The translations under genes and the position numbers were made by a program. Source: Hydrolagus affinis (lineage: Eukaryota). From it: a DNA stretch of 63,555 bases. The notes beneath the pieces are model-generated. The model did no database searches, was not told where the DNA came from, and was given only the letters and a program-made list of their open reading frames with translations. Where the stretch lies: NCBI GenBank assembly GCA_012026655.1, contig JAAILG010000211.1, forward strand, positions 62,001 to 125,555, in the 5' to 3' direction. Shown here piece by piece: positions 11,074-23,170 of the stretch. Numbering within the stretch: position 1 is the first letter of the stretch; each line of letters opens with the position of its first letter.

Positions 11074-12259
11074 ACTTTTGTCAATTTTCTCCTCTTTTGA
11101 AAGTATAAACTTTTGGGTAACAGCTGCACAGATGCCCTCAGATCTGGGCCAAGTTGAAATTGTATTCCTAAGAATATCAGCAAGTCAGAAAATGGATTTT
11201 TTCACATTACAAATGCCCTGTCAAAAAGCACTTCTTTTCTTTGAACTTGTTGTCTTAGAACAATATAAACCACTTACATTTTCTATCACAGCCGATTTCA
11301 TGAATAGTTAATAACATTAAAATCGCTATAGATGTAACAGGTGGACACTGAAAGTGAACAACAATTTTCAGAAAATGTAATTGGATAAAACTCCTTATTT
11401 TTGTTTCACCATCATCTTATAATCTATTGTATTTTAAGACCCAAGTTTCTACTGACCAAACTATTTCTTCTTGATTTATCTTGTGATTGTGTAGTTCCCT
11501 TTCCAAACTTGGGTGATTTACTGCACTGTTAGCTTTGCCATTTGACTAGGCTGACAAATGTGAAAAAAAATGCTTTCCGACTTCCTGCCTGATAACATTA
11601 ACCATTTTTTTTCTGCTTGCCAATTTCCCTTAAGTGTTTTTTTTCCCCACTTCAGAGAAAAAAAACTGGTGAGTGTTACTTGTTATTACTTGTTCATAGT
11701 TTTTCTGGCTAAATTATTATCTGCTCATATGACTCTTCCCATTCAGTATGTTTTGGGCACAAAGACATAATATGGAAGAAGTATTGTGAAGCTTCTTAGT
11801 TGTGCAGAGACAGACCATTGCTGGTCTAGAAGCTGCCTCTAAGCTTCTTGTGTTTTACAGCTAGCTTTCCTGAAACCAAGCCTCACCAGTCTCAGGTGAC
11901 CAGTCAAACAGCTCTTTGTTTTCTGAATGGAAGCAGGCCAAACAAAATTATAATTTTAGATAACGCGCTGCAGATGCTGGGCTCAACTCCAAGTAGTTCA
12001 ACAGAACCAATCTGAAATCTTGTCAATGTTGATGAACATCTCAAATGTTCTGACTTCCATTATCAGGTATTACCATCCTAGCCAACTGAGAAAGGCATTA
12101 GCTGAGGACAGTGAGCTGGGAGTTTCCTGAATGAAGGCAGCACATGATTAATACTATTCCTTCAGATTCATTTGCTCGGTTAATGTAATTGAGCACATAT
12201 TATTTATAATAGTAGCCAATAATCAAAATGATTTGCAATGAATTATTGCTTTGCAATAG

Positions 12260-12910
12260 CCTTGCGTTCAAGGCTGCTCTCTCCACCTCTTGAAGCCAAT
12301 CAGGAATCTGGGCGTCTTGTTTGACCCCGAACTATCCTTCCTCCCCCACATCTGCTCCATCACCTCCGCAATATTGCCAGGCTCCGCCACTACCTCACCC
12401 CCCCATGCCACACACCTTCATCACTTCCAGGCATGACTATGGAACTCTCTCCTCGTCGGCCTTCCCAGCTCCTCCCTTCACAGGCTGCAGATCATTCAGA
12501 ATTCTACAGATCGTGTACTCTCCTGCACCAGGCTTCGGGACCACATCACTCCCACCCTCGCCCGTCTCCACTGGCTCCCCGTCACCCAGAGGATCGAATT
12601 CAAGATCCTTGTCCTCACTTTCAAGGCCATTCACGGCCTTGTCCCTGCCTATCTCTCTGACCTACTGTCTCCCTATCAGCCTGCCCATCCCCTCCATTCA
12701 GCAGACTCAGGGCTGCTCCGCATCCACCGGCCTAACCGCCCAACCATCAGTGGCCAGGCTTTCAGCCTCTCTGCTCCCACACTGTGGAACTCCATCCCAC
12801 AGCTCCTCCACCCTGCTTTCTCCCTTTCCTGCTTCAAGGCCGGTCTCAAGACCTTCCTCTTCAACCGTGCCTTCGGCTCTCCCACTAACTCTTCCCTCTC
12901 TCCTTCCCCA
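12260..12910 (+). mobile_element. L2 LINE ORF2 3' fragment (frameshifted, terminal tail absent)
   Basis: aggaatctgggcgtcttgtttgacccc (RNLGVLFDP), ctccactggctccccgtc...aggatcgaattcaagatcctt (LHWLPV..RIEFKIL), ctgtggaactcc (LWNS). Similar to 34689-35194. Confidence 0.92.
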
Positions 12911-15900
12911 TATTTGCTGCCTTTTGAACACAGTTTGGTGCCATAAGTTAATTGATTGCAGAATCATGCTGGAAGTATTAGAATTCAACTAAACCAAACA
13001 AACTGGCACTCATTCTGTGGTAAACAAGTCTCTCCAAATTTCTATGAGATTGCAGCTGACTGGCAGCTGTCTGATTGCCCAATTATTCCAACATGTTTAG
13101 GTTTGCTTTAAGGTGCTTCTTATGCATTTAGAGCAAATCAAAACAACTGATGTTGTCAATGCGCTCCTTCTTCAAAAATATAACTGGATATGCTGCAGGT
13201 AACAACAATGTGTGTTTATAGACTTGTTATTTTGATGCAGGAGATGTAGACTGAGATGAACAAGTACATAGGACAGTGATTTTTGTCTGATTTCTGACAG
13301 GTCCATTCTGTGAATCAAACACAAGTCCATTGCCAATACGTAGCAATACAAACTCCACCTCCTCTTTCATGACATACTTCAAAAGAGGTTATAGACTAAA
13401 ATATGTTTTTACTGTATTTCAACATGCATTGGGGACACAGTTTAACTATGATGCCAAGAGAATAAATTCACTCTTGGGACATAATTAAAGCTTGAGGCTT
13501 AACATCTGGAACAGTCGTGACAAACTATATATTTTTTTCGGCCTCATTTTATTGCACAAGTCAAACCAGTAAGTATTATCCCATGCGACAGGAGGAAACA
13601 ACTAGGAACATTTTAAACAAAACAGTTGTGCACTTATGTCCTGCTAGATTTCTTCAGTGATTCTATTCCTTCAATTTGGTCTATTGTACTTCATCAGTAC
13701 TGAAAAATTACAAATGGAACATAATTTTAATTATGTCATCTAAAGAGCTTGTATCTTTCAGTTAAATTTTATATCTTTGATCTACTTATTGACAATTTTA
13801 TTTGTACTAACCTAGTAACTGAAGAAACAGAAATTGCCTGTGAAGGATTATTCCATCAACAATACTGCAAAAAAGAGTGATTGAAATGTTAATTTTAAGA
13901 TCTATAGTGTAGCATTGCAAATTTCCCAGGTTTATAAATGCTATTGTTAATCTAATCGCTTTTTGTGGATGGCATATTTAGAATCACAATCTGTACTGAA
14001 ATAGCTTCAGGAAAATTGCCTAACACATTGAGCAGGCAGCAGTTGAATTAAACCAAACTGTTGGAAATCATATTTGATTCTTGGGGCCCTTTTTATTACA
14101 CATTCACTGGTAACATATTTATTTATACCAGTCATTGACAGTAAGTGTGGATTGCCAGTAGCTTCCAAGATAATTTTGCAACTATTATGTTTCCATAATG
14201 CACTGATATGGTTGTCGCACTTCCTACTGAGGAATATTTTAAGTGAGTGCATTAACAGAATTTGAGGCAAAGCTAATGTTGACATTCCCTGGTTTGGAAG
14301 TTATGTATCATGTTTTTTTCTGAAATGCACTCTTGACTTTTGGAAAACAATAACGGGTTTTTTTTTCCAACGCACCATGACGACTTCTGATGTCCATTTG
14401 CTGCCTTGGATGCAATCACTTCTATTATAATATGTTTTTCTTGCAGCTGGGGTCACGTTTTTGCCTGGAAATGCTTCCTATAGTAGTTTATAATTATTTC
14501 ATAAAGTCCAATCCTGAGCAGCTAATGCAATTCTTCAAGCAATTATGGTTGCACTTTATGGTCATGTACATCTTCTCGAATTCAAAATGTTTTTTCTCGC
14601 CACTTATTTTTCACACTGAAGGATGAATTTCAAAAATCTATTTGATAATCATGCCTGCAGATGTAACTGGCATCAGAATAGAGTAGACAACAGTGGAGCG
14701 CTGAGAAGAGGGTTTTTTTTGTTACTTTTCCACAAGAGTGATCCATACATACAAAACTGGAGTAGATAGTGAACACACTTCATAAAAGCATTAACCTATC
14801 ATATTAATAAATATTCTTCAGTTCACAGGGTTGAAATAAATCCCTGCCCTCTGCTACACAGATGCAGCATTCAACAACGTGCACTGTATGCATTTAGCAG
14901 TACAAATAAGTAATGCTGGAGTTGCCAGCGGTGCAACAGAATACATCACCATGGACAGGTCATTTCACAGACAAACGATTGGCAATATGATCATTAATCC
15001 ATTCAAAATAGATTGTCATCAGAAATAGATTATTTCAGGTGATTTAAACACCCATTGACTGTTCTGTCTGCTGAAGTGTGTCACTTATTACTGGATGGTT
15101 GTGAATTTTTGATTATCTTTGTCCATCCCATTTGCTGGGAATGTATGTTCCGCAGTAGAGTGCTGAGCTTGATTTCCTGTACAATGTCTTATATATTTAA
15201 CCACACACTGGTTTTAAATTCAGTCTTTGCAGATATTCTAAGTAAGCTTCTTTTTGAAATCCCTCTGAAGAAACAATGATGCGCGAGTGTTAACATTTGT
15301 TTTCCAGGCAGTCACTGCAATAAATATATATCTTATTCCCGCTTATCTAAATCCCTTGCTGATAGCGATCGAGAGCTTGTAGCTGAGTGCAATTAGATAT
15401 GTTGAGCTGGACAGATTGTTTGGGTCAAAAATCTTCTCGTTGATTGCTGAAGTCATGAATCTGAGAGATTTATGCAGCTGGAAACATTATCAAAGTTTAT
15501 AACCTCATTCCAAGTTATCAGCTGCTGTTACATTAATAGTGTGTTACATTTATGATAAAGTGCATTTGTGGCATGTTTTTCCAAAAGTGTCTTTCTCTCA
15601 TTTAAAACCTACCCAGATCTTTTAAATATTGATAGTTATTGATATGTTATACGCACACTATGGGATAACAAACAAGTGCAGAAACTTCGTAGCTGAGGAA
15701 CCTGACTGCAATATATCAAACTTATCAAATGTGATGTAACTGAACAGTGAACCTAGCTGCCAAACCAATTTGACCTGGTATCATACAAGTGATTTACTCT
15801 CTAAATACTGCACAGTCCAACCCAAATTAAATGTGTGTTATTATTACATTGTGTGATATTGTATAGCTTATTTGATAGAGTAGCATTGCAGTTCATTTAA

Positions 15901-17347
15901 TTCTGAGAAAATACCTTAATTGTACAAATCAAGCCTCTAAAAAGGAAATAATTTTAGTTATTATATTAATTTCCTTAAACAATGATAAATAGGGTACTTC
16001 CACAAAGGGTGATTTGCGCTGTAAGGCTCTATTTTTGTATTGTAACTTTTGTAAGGAATCACTAGCAAAATTACACCATTTGTCACAGAACATACAATAT
16101 AAATGTAGCATTGCAGGGTGTGAAGGCCTTGGATATTTTTCTCAATCCTCAACAACACTTGTATGTTCTTGAAAAATATCACCAATGATCACGTATTTTT
16201 CCTAAGGACATTTCTTCGTTTTGTTGTGTGCATTAATGTGTAAGGTGTTTTTTTTAATTCCAATCTGCATTGATTTACCTTATATCTCCATTAAAATATT
16301 TCTGCCATTCCTTGGCCTATTTATGTCATTGGTCCAACTGATATTCAGTGTTGTCTTCATCAGCAGCCACATATTGTACTTGTTAGTAACAACAAATTGT
16401 ATAATAGTTTGTGCTCTCAACAACAACATGCATTTATACAAGTGCCCTTCACCCAGTGTGGCATCCTGGAGGACTGTCAAAACAAATATTGTTACAAATA
16501 TTGTGAAAACTGGAATGAATCCTTTTAGAACCAGATGAAGGAGTTTCTGCTTATTCATCTCTGCTTCCTATTTTCAACAACGATATCAATCTATATCTCT
16601 TAATGACAGAAATTTCCTATTATGGTTTGAATCGCAAGACTGATCGGTGCATTGTCTGTGTAAAGTTGAAGAGGGTTTTTTTTTCTTACTTGTATTTTTG
16701 CCAGGCACTCACATTTTCAAATAGCCTTAATAAAACATTAAACCTGGCTTGAAGATAAAATGAATACTTTGTTCCTTCAAAAACAATTCAACTGGGATAA
16801 GACAAGAAGTAACAGATTTCATCAGCAATTATAAGGTTCTCCTTGACATCTTAAATTTGGCAATAAAATAAGGTTCCTTTTGAATTCAAATCATTTTTGT
16901 TCTGCATATAAAAAAAAGTTAATGGTTTGATTTTTTGTAATTGTATGGGGCAAAATGTTAAAGGATGAGGTTGAGGGAGCAATTCAGTGATGCAGCCAAT
17001 AAGCCTTCATTTTGAATAAGCTGTATAAAAAATACTCAAATAATTTGGGAAGATAGTTTTCCTCAATTTGACTGTTTATAAGCTTTATAATGCTTCAAAT
17101 ATTAAACCCTAACCTTACGATGAAATCAGTCAGGAATCACACGAAAGAACATTTCTGAAGTCACAAATGTTAATATGTAACCATTAAACAGTGCAATACA
17201 AACTGTGCTCATCTCTGCAAAGCCTCTTTCAAAGAAGGAATTAGTCAAAAGCAACAATTGTTGTTGGTGGTGGTTTTGTGGAGAAGGGAGTTTCCACTGG
17301 TATCTGTTAACAGTCCTTGTTTTATGGGAAATTACTGAATATTATTT

Positions 17348-17485
17348 TTATGGGAAACTGCTGCGTGCAAATTGGCTGCCTCCTTCACCTACAAATACAA
17401 AGTTACAACACTCAACAGAAATTACCATGAAATGCTTTGAGATGTTTTGATTCAATAGAGTGCTCCATTAAATGCAAATATTATA
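17348..17485 (+). mobile_element. Old DeuSINE-like 3' half
   Basis: tgggaaactgctgcgtgcaaattggctgcc...tgaaatgctttgagatg...aaatgcaaatattat. Confidence 0.65.
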
Positions 17486-17581
17486 AATATTTACAATGTA
17501 CTGAGTCTCCATGAAGGGCTAATAAAAAGTCATTGAATTTGTTTGCCTTTTGACCTAAACTCAGTTGTCCTGATGTGACTT

Positions 17582-17650
17582 TCAACACTTTGGGACGTCC
17601 TCCCGATGTGAAAGGTGCTTTACAAATGCAATGTGTTGCTGTTTGTTGTG
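17582..17650 (+). mobile_element. Ultra-short L2 3' tail
   Basis: ctttgggacgtcctcccgatgtgaaaggtgctttacaaatgcaatgtgttgctgtttgttg. Confidence 0.8.
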
Positions 17651-19424
17651 CTTCTCTCTGGCAGGAAACAAAGGAAGAAAATGTGATAAACAAGATCTAG
17701 AAAGATGCAAGTCAGAAACTGAGCACGAGCTGATGCACTGATGGTCACTGGATGAGTGTTTTGTTATTGTATGTGAGAATATAGTTTGCTTGCTCATAAA
17801 TTTGCAGTAATCACAATTTTCCTTTAACTACAATATCAAATATCTGTTTAAACAGCCAGAATTTGAGAATTCACATCACTGGCCTGCAGCAACTTCCACA
17901 GAATGAGATTTCAAAAGACCAGATTATTTCTTCAATGTATATTTGGTATGTAGCAGCAGCGAGAAACCATTAATGCATCATCCATCATGGTTTGAGCTTT
18001 CCTCTTTTTTTTTTTATCAGTGCAGCACAGTTTAAGGAGTGAATTGTTTTTATTACCAAACAATGCAGTGTACCAAGATCCTACAAATATGACAATAATC
18101 CAGAAACAATAAGTGGCATGATTCTAACTAAAGTAATTAATTGAGCATTAATGTACAATATGCACAAATTAAAAGTAAGCAAATCACAGGTTGCAAAAGT
18201 ATGCTTTGTTATTTCCATTACACGTATATAAGTGGATCGTTACTTGACTATTGTTCAGAGTGAGGTATTTCAAGTGTGATTTAATGTTTTGTTGTCTTAG
18301 TAACAAGGCAGTCGAGCAAGGGTGCATTGCTTTGTGTTAATATTGCAAAGCTTGGTTATGTTTTGTAATTTGTCTTGCACGTTGATCTCAATTTTATCCT
18401 GTGTTTTGTGGGCCTTGCCATACATATTCATGAATTTCTTGTACATGGCACTGTAAACAAAGAGGGTAGATATCCTGCAGGTTTGTCAAACCTATGTACT
18501 ACGGTTGCTTTGCTTTTTGGCAGGTAGCTAGGGGTTCCTGGGGAGAGGTGGGGATGGGGCAAACAAACCACTCGTGTGAGCATTTAATCAGGCAGCTTGT
18601 GTCTCAGTGTCACTTGGCGAAGGGTGGAATAAATTTCCTTTCAAATCAACTAGTGTTATATTTCATAACACTGACTTTTTCCAGCTCAAATCTAACTGTT
18701 GCTATCAAAATTCTCTTCCCTGAAATGATGCGATTAGCTTAAAAGTTTAAATTAGTCTAAACTGCGATTAGTTTCCCTCGCAAGGAGAGTGAAGTATGGA
18801 TTTAAGCACTGGATTGGATAAAATGGATTTAGGCACTGCCTTCAACTTTAATAAGATTGTATTTAGCCTAAAGTGCACAAATACAAATCCTCTTTCCATT
18901 TTATGTTCCATAATTGAGAATATTCTGATTATATGAAAACAGTTTGCATATCCCACCTTAGTGCTGCCCCCTACTGACCATCAATAGATATAAGGATAGT
19001 GTTGCAGCTTTTACTCTACTTTTCCAGTCTATATTTGCTGTCTGTGTGCTCCAAATTAAAACCCTATCAAAATATATATCATCTGAATGTCCCTTTAAAA
19101 TATATTACCCAGTTCTCAAAATGGGAATAGTAGATTTTGTTCCAATTCTAGACATGATCATTTTAGAAGATTCATGGTAGACAGTATATTATCCATCACC
19201 TTTTTATGAGGATCCAGTGCATTGCTAGTGCTTGGTTTCATCTCAACATGTCCTATATAGAAATCAATATAATATTGTTACTGAATGTTAGAACACAGAT
19301 TTATTTGCCTTCTACATCCCATTAATTTGCTGATGTTTTACCTGATCTGCGACAATGACCAGTGCTGTGTTTATCTCTGTGAGAAATTCTATCCCAATAA
19401 TGTAACTTTTGAACCTGATTTACT

Positions 19425-19495
19425 GTGGTAGATTGTGTCAGCAAATTCAAGGGTGAATTAGATAACTATTTGGCAAGAAATCAATTGAAGGGGTT
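19425..19495 (+). mobile_element. Possible CR1 ORF2-end remnant
   Basis: aaattcaagggtgaattagataactatttg (FKGELDNYL-like motif of the CR1 C-terminus). Confidence 0.4.
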
Positions 19496-20297
19496 GAGAG
19501 ATTGATTGGTTTTTAAAAAAATATATGTATTATTTAGGGCTATGGTGGTCTTTTCATTTCTTCCAAATTCCATTCTTGCTATTATATTCCTCGAAGTAAG
19601 TCAATAGCTTAAACCAAGCAATGAATTATTTTCCAAATGTAAACTTTTGATTCTGTAGTACTGTACTATTTACTGGAATACCTACTCACTGATCTATTCA
19701 TGTTTCCTTCAATATACATATTATATATACCTAAACCATTTAAGTTAAAATAAACATAGATCAAGATTTTTAAGCCTTTGAGTGGTAGCCTACACATCCA
19801 AATATATATACAGAATATGAAAGCCTGGCATCAGAAATTGCTAACCTGCAGCATTTAGCCTCCCAGTTAGTCCATCTGCAGCTTGACCCCACTGTAAGTG
19901 CCACAGTGAATACCTTTGCATTGCAGTTATCTAGGAATATGGATATCCCAATTTATACATTGCACACTCATTTATTCATTCAATGTTACTCTAGATGATT
20001 TATCATGCTCACTTTCTCAATTGTTCAGTTATATGAGAAAAAAAACAGGAGATTAACAAGTAAATCAGATTATCAATTCTACATCGGTTTAATCCACTGA
20101 AAACCACTCAACTGTGTGTACTTGGTCCCACAAGGAGTTGGAATCTCATTACGTTTGCTGAAGAAATGCATGTAACTTTGGAAAGAAAAAATATTACATG
20201 GGCATAAACCAAGATATCTAAATACAGGTAAATGTTATTTTATGTGGATTTTAATGCAAAGTTATAGAGGACCAACACTAATGAGTCAATTGACCAT

Positions 20298-20477
20298 ATA
20301 ATAATAATCCTTGCATTTGATATAGCGCTTTTCACATCTTATCTGCATCTCAAAGCGCTTCACAGAATATACTGTAAAGTGAATTGACTGTGTAAATGTG
20401 GGCGAAATGTAGCAGCCATTTTGCTCACAGCAATATCCCACAAACAGGCATGGATTAAAATTACCAATTTTATTATT
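20298..20477 (-). mobile_element. Young SINE 3' half
   Basis: ataataatccttgcatttgatatagcgcttttcac...tctcaaagcgcttcacagaatatactgtaaagtgaattgactg...cccacaaacaggcatggatt. Confidence 0.9.
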
Positions 20478-21661
20478 GTGGTATATAACAGCAATAGATG
20501 CACAGACTTCCATGGTATGGTATTCATATGAATATACTGTCATCTTGCTAAATTTTAGAAGCAACCACAGAGAATGAAAGGATTAAATTAAGCTCTTGAA
20601 GTTAATTCTGAAACTCTAGAAAGAAACGATGCCAAGGCTTTTGGAAGCACAAAAAAAGCTCAAATACATTGGTGATCATAACTTGGTTAAATATACGGGG
20701 AAAAACAATCAGAGAAAATACTCAAGTGTATGAAGTAGTTCATTTTTTATCTGCTGCCAAACAAAAATCTCTGAAGTTAAGAAATCTTATCACACTGTAC
20801 ATCTTTAGATCCAATGTCATCTATATTCAGTTACAATACATTAGGTTTACCATACACCCATGTTTATGATGTAACAATAATATAGAAACCCATTTGAAAA
20901 ATTATAATAAAAATATTCCCTTCTGGAAAAATAGACTGAGTTGACTAGTGGATTGCCATCTTTAATGTCTGGATTTGGATCCAGCTTGGGGTTATAGGAT
21001 GAAAATCTCTGCTGAGTGTCAGCTTCCCACATAAAATATATTTCTACAAGAAACAAAATGACCACAATTTGATAATAAGTGCACATTATAGGTTGGACAG
21101 ACATATGGCCAGTGTGGGAAATGAAAAACTATTGTGGTGGTGCAATAGAAAATCCTTTCTAAAACTGGCATTTTAAGGCAAATTAGAGAGTAGGTCATTC
21201 TCCTTGCTGCGCATAACTCGGAGCTATTTGATTCCGACACTGGGTAGAGGAATGCTTCTTTGAAATGAAATAGAACACAATTAAAATCGCCCTCCCACAG
21301 GCTGGTGGAAAAAATATTAACAAGCTTTTTTGCCACACTCGCTCAAAAAGCACTGTAAAGGTTAGCAATTACTTCTAAAAATAAATGATTCTCAGTTGAT
21401 ACAGATTTAATTATGCTTCGAGTAGAAATTAAATCTCTTGGGTTCATCAAATGATCTGGATACCAATTTGTTAAATACCTGCAAATATGAAGCAGTGTCA
21501 GATGCCATCTGATTCAATTAAAACCGTAACGTATTGTCATCTGATCCCAAGACACTGCACAGTTGGAAATATTGCTTGGATGATAGATTTTTAAGGAAGG
21601 ATTGATTTTAAAGGAAGGCTTCTTTATGGTTTGCTTATCCAAGAGGAATAACTCCTTCAAA

Positions 21662-21889
21662 AAAATTGGTCATTCAATTCATGACTGTTTGTGGGACACT
21701 GCTGCATTTCAGCCTGCAAAATATACAGTCAATTCACTTTACAGTATATTCTGTGAAGCACTTTGTCGCGAAGACGTGATGAGGTGCTATGTGACATCCA
21801 ACAACAACAAATTACATTTATAGAGCGCCTTTCACGTCGGGAGGACGTCCCAAGGCGCTGAAATCCAAGGAATCCAAGGATTCCTATTA
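21662..21889 (+). mobile_element. Young SINE 3' half interrupted by an antisense L2 tail
   Basis: aattggtcattc...atatacagtcaattcactttacagtatattctgtgaagcacttt...gctatgtgacatccaa [insert] aaatccaagg...ggattcctatt. Confidence 0.85.
21802..21860 (-). mobile_element. Ultra-short L2 3' tail nested in a SINE terminus
   Basis: caacaacaaattacatttatagagcgcctttcacgtcgggaggacgtcccaaggcgctg, flanked by tgacatccaa (21792-21801) and tgaaatccaa (21859-21868). Confidence 0.88.
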
Positions 21890-22369
21890 AAATTTGCACA
21901 AGTTCTTGAGGGAGATGCTGATATGAGTTTCTCTAGTAAACGCAACATGGGTTATTTTGTATAAAGTTTTTGTTTTATACTTACAAAAATGAATTGAAAG
22001 GATTGATGACAATACGTTAGTGTGGAAATTTGCCTCATCTAAGTGTTTACAATGGGGAAATTAATTCTCAGTCAATGTAAAAAGATTATGAAGCGTTGTG
22101 ATGGAAACTTCCTTGGTCCCCGTTTAACCAAATATAGATGGATCTAGGATGACATTGGGAGCCAAGCAGGATAGCAAAAGTTTACTTTACAGAATTCCCC
22201 CCCCTCCCACACACACACACAGAGTACTCTTTAGGGGTTAGAGATCAAGGAGTGTGAATTGCAGAGTTTAGATTGTATTCAGCTAAAGCACATAGTAATA
22301 ATTTTCACTAAGATTATTTTCAAAGCACATTTGGCCAGTTAAAAGGATTCTCACTAACATTTTAAGAGA

Positions 22370-22418
22370 CTGCCGCTATCTGGTCCTCTCTTTATCAGCG
22401 AGTACCAGATAGCGGCAG
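22370..22418. repeat. Short GC-rich inverted repeat
   Basis: ctgccgctatctggt...accagatagcggcag, 15-bp perfect outer arms extendable to 22 bp with 2 mismatches. Confidence 0.9.
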
Positions 22419-23004
22419 AGAAATCACATGCAAGATCACCTTGAAAACCTATCAATGAATGTATTAGAATGCTGGGAGCTAAACCATAAAATAAAAACAT
22501 TTCAAGCAAAAAGATAACAGTTTATAATCCAACTGCCTATTCCACCGATATCTGGTTTTGATGCAATAACCTTAAGTGTCATTTATTTTATGGCATTATT
22601 TTATACCACGTTAAAAGGAAATCCTCTACATATCTGATCAGTTTGTTTTAATTTTAATAATATATTTAAATGGATGATGCTTTTTTTCAGGTGGATCCGT
22701 TGGAGAGATATATGCAATGCTTGACTAATGATTTTCCCTGTATTGTGTGCAACATAAAAGCTCTGGTTCGCAGAAGAGGAACCATTTATTCAATATATGA
22801 ATGTGTATTGGCTGGGAATGACCTGAGAGAAAAACAAAGCAGGGCATTTCCAGGATCCCAAATTACTGTAATAAAATGGATTGAAGAGAAGTTGCTAGGT
22901 AAGAGGATAGGTTGCTAAGGTCAGAGACTTATTGCACAGCACAAGGCAGCAAGGTGTTGAAAGACAAGAATTGAAATAAAAACTTAAACACACTTCACTT
23001 GCAC

Positions 23005-23170
23005 TGCTTGACCCTCTTCCACACCATCAGTCATGCTTTCAGCCACTCCACCCTTAAACTTTGGAATTCTATCTTAATCTTGCCACTTTTCCTCCTCCTT
23101 CCCCTTTTTCAGAGCATGCTTGAAGACCTGTCTCATCGGTCAACTCCTCCCTCCCCCTAGCTCAGGACTG
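23005..23170 (+). mobile_element. Highly decayed L2 fragment
   Basis: catgctttcagccactccacccttaaactttggaattct (AFSH..P.LWNS-like) followed by a pyrimidine tract. Confidence 0.55.

Noticed and set aside
12321-12992. 223-aa Pro/Ser-rich ORF as a host gene
   Set aside because: It is an off-frame reading of the C-rich strand of a decayed L2. The same applies to the ORFs at 34445-35168 and 46606-47290.
22670-22918. Possible exon after the ttttttttcag/G acceptor (82-aa ORF)
   Set aside because: No recognisable protein homology, no convincing donor site and no partner exons. Cannot be supported without RNA data.
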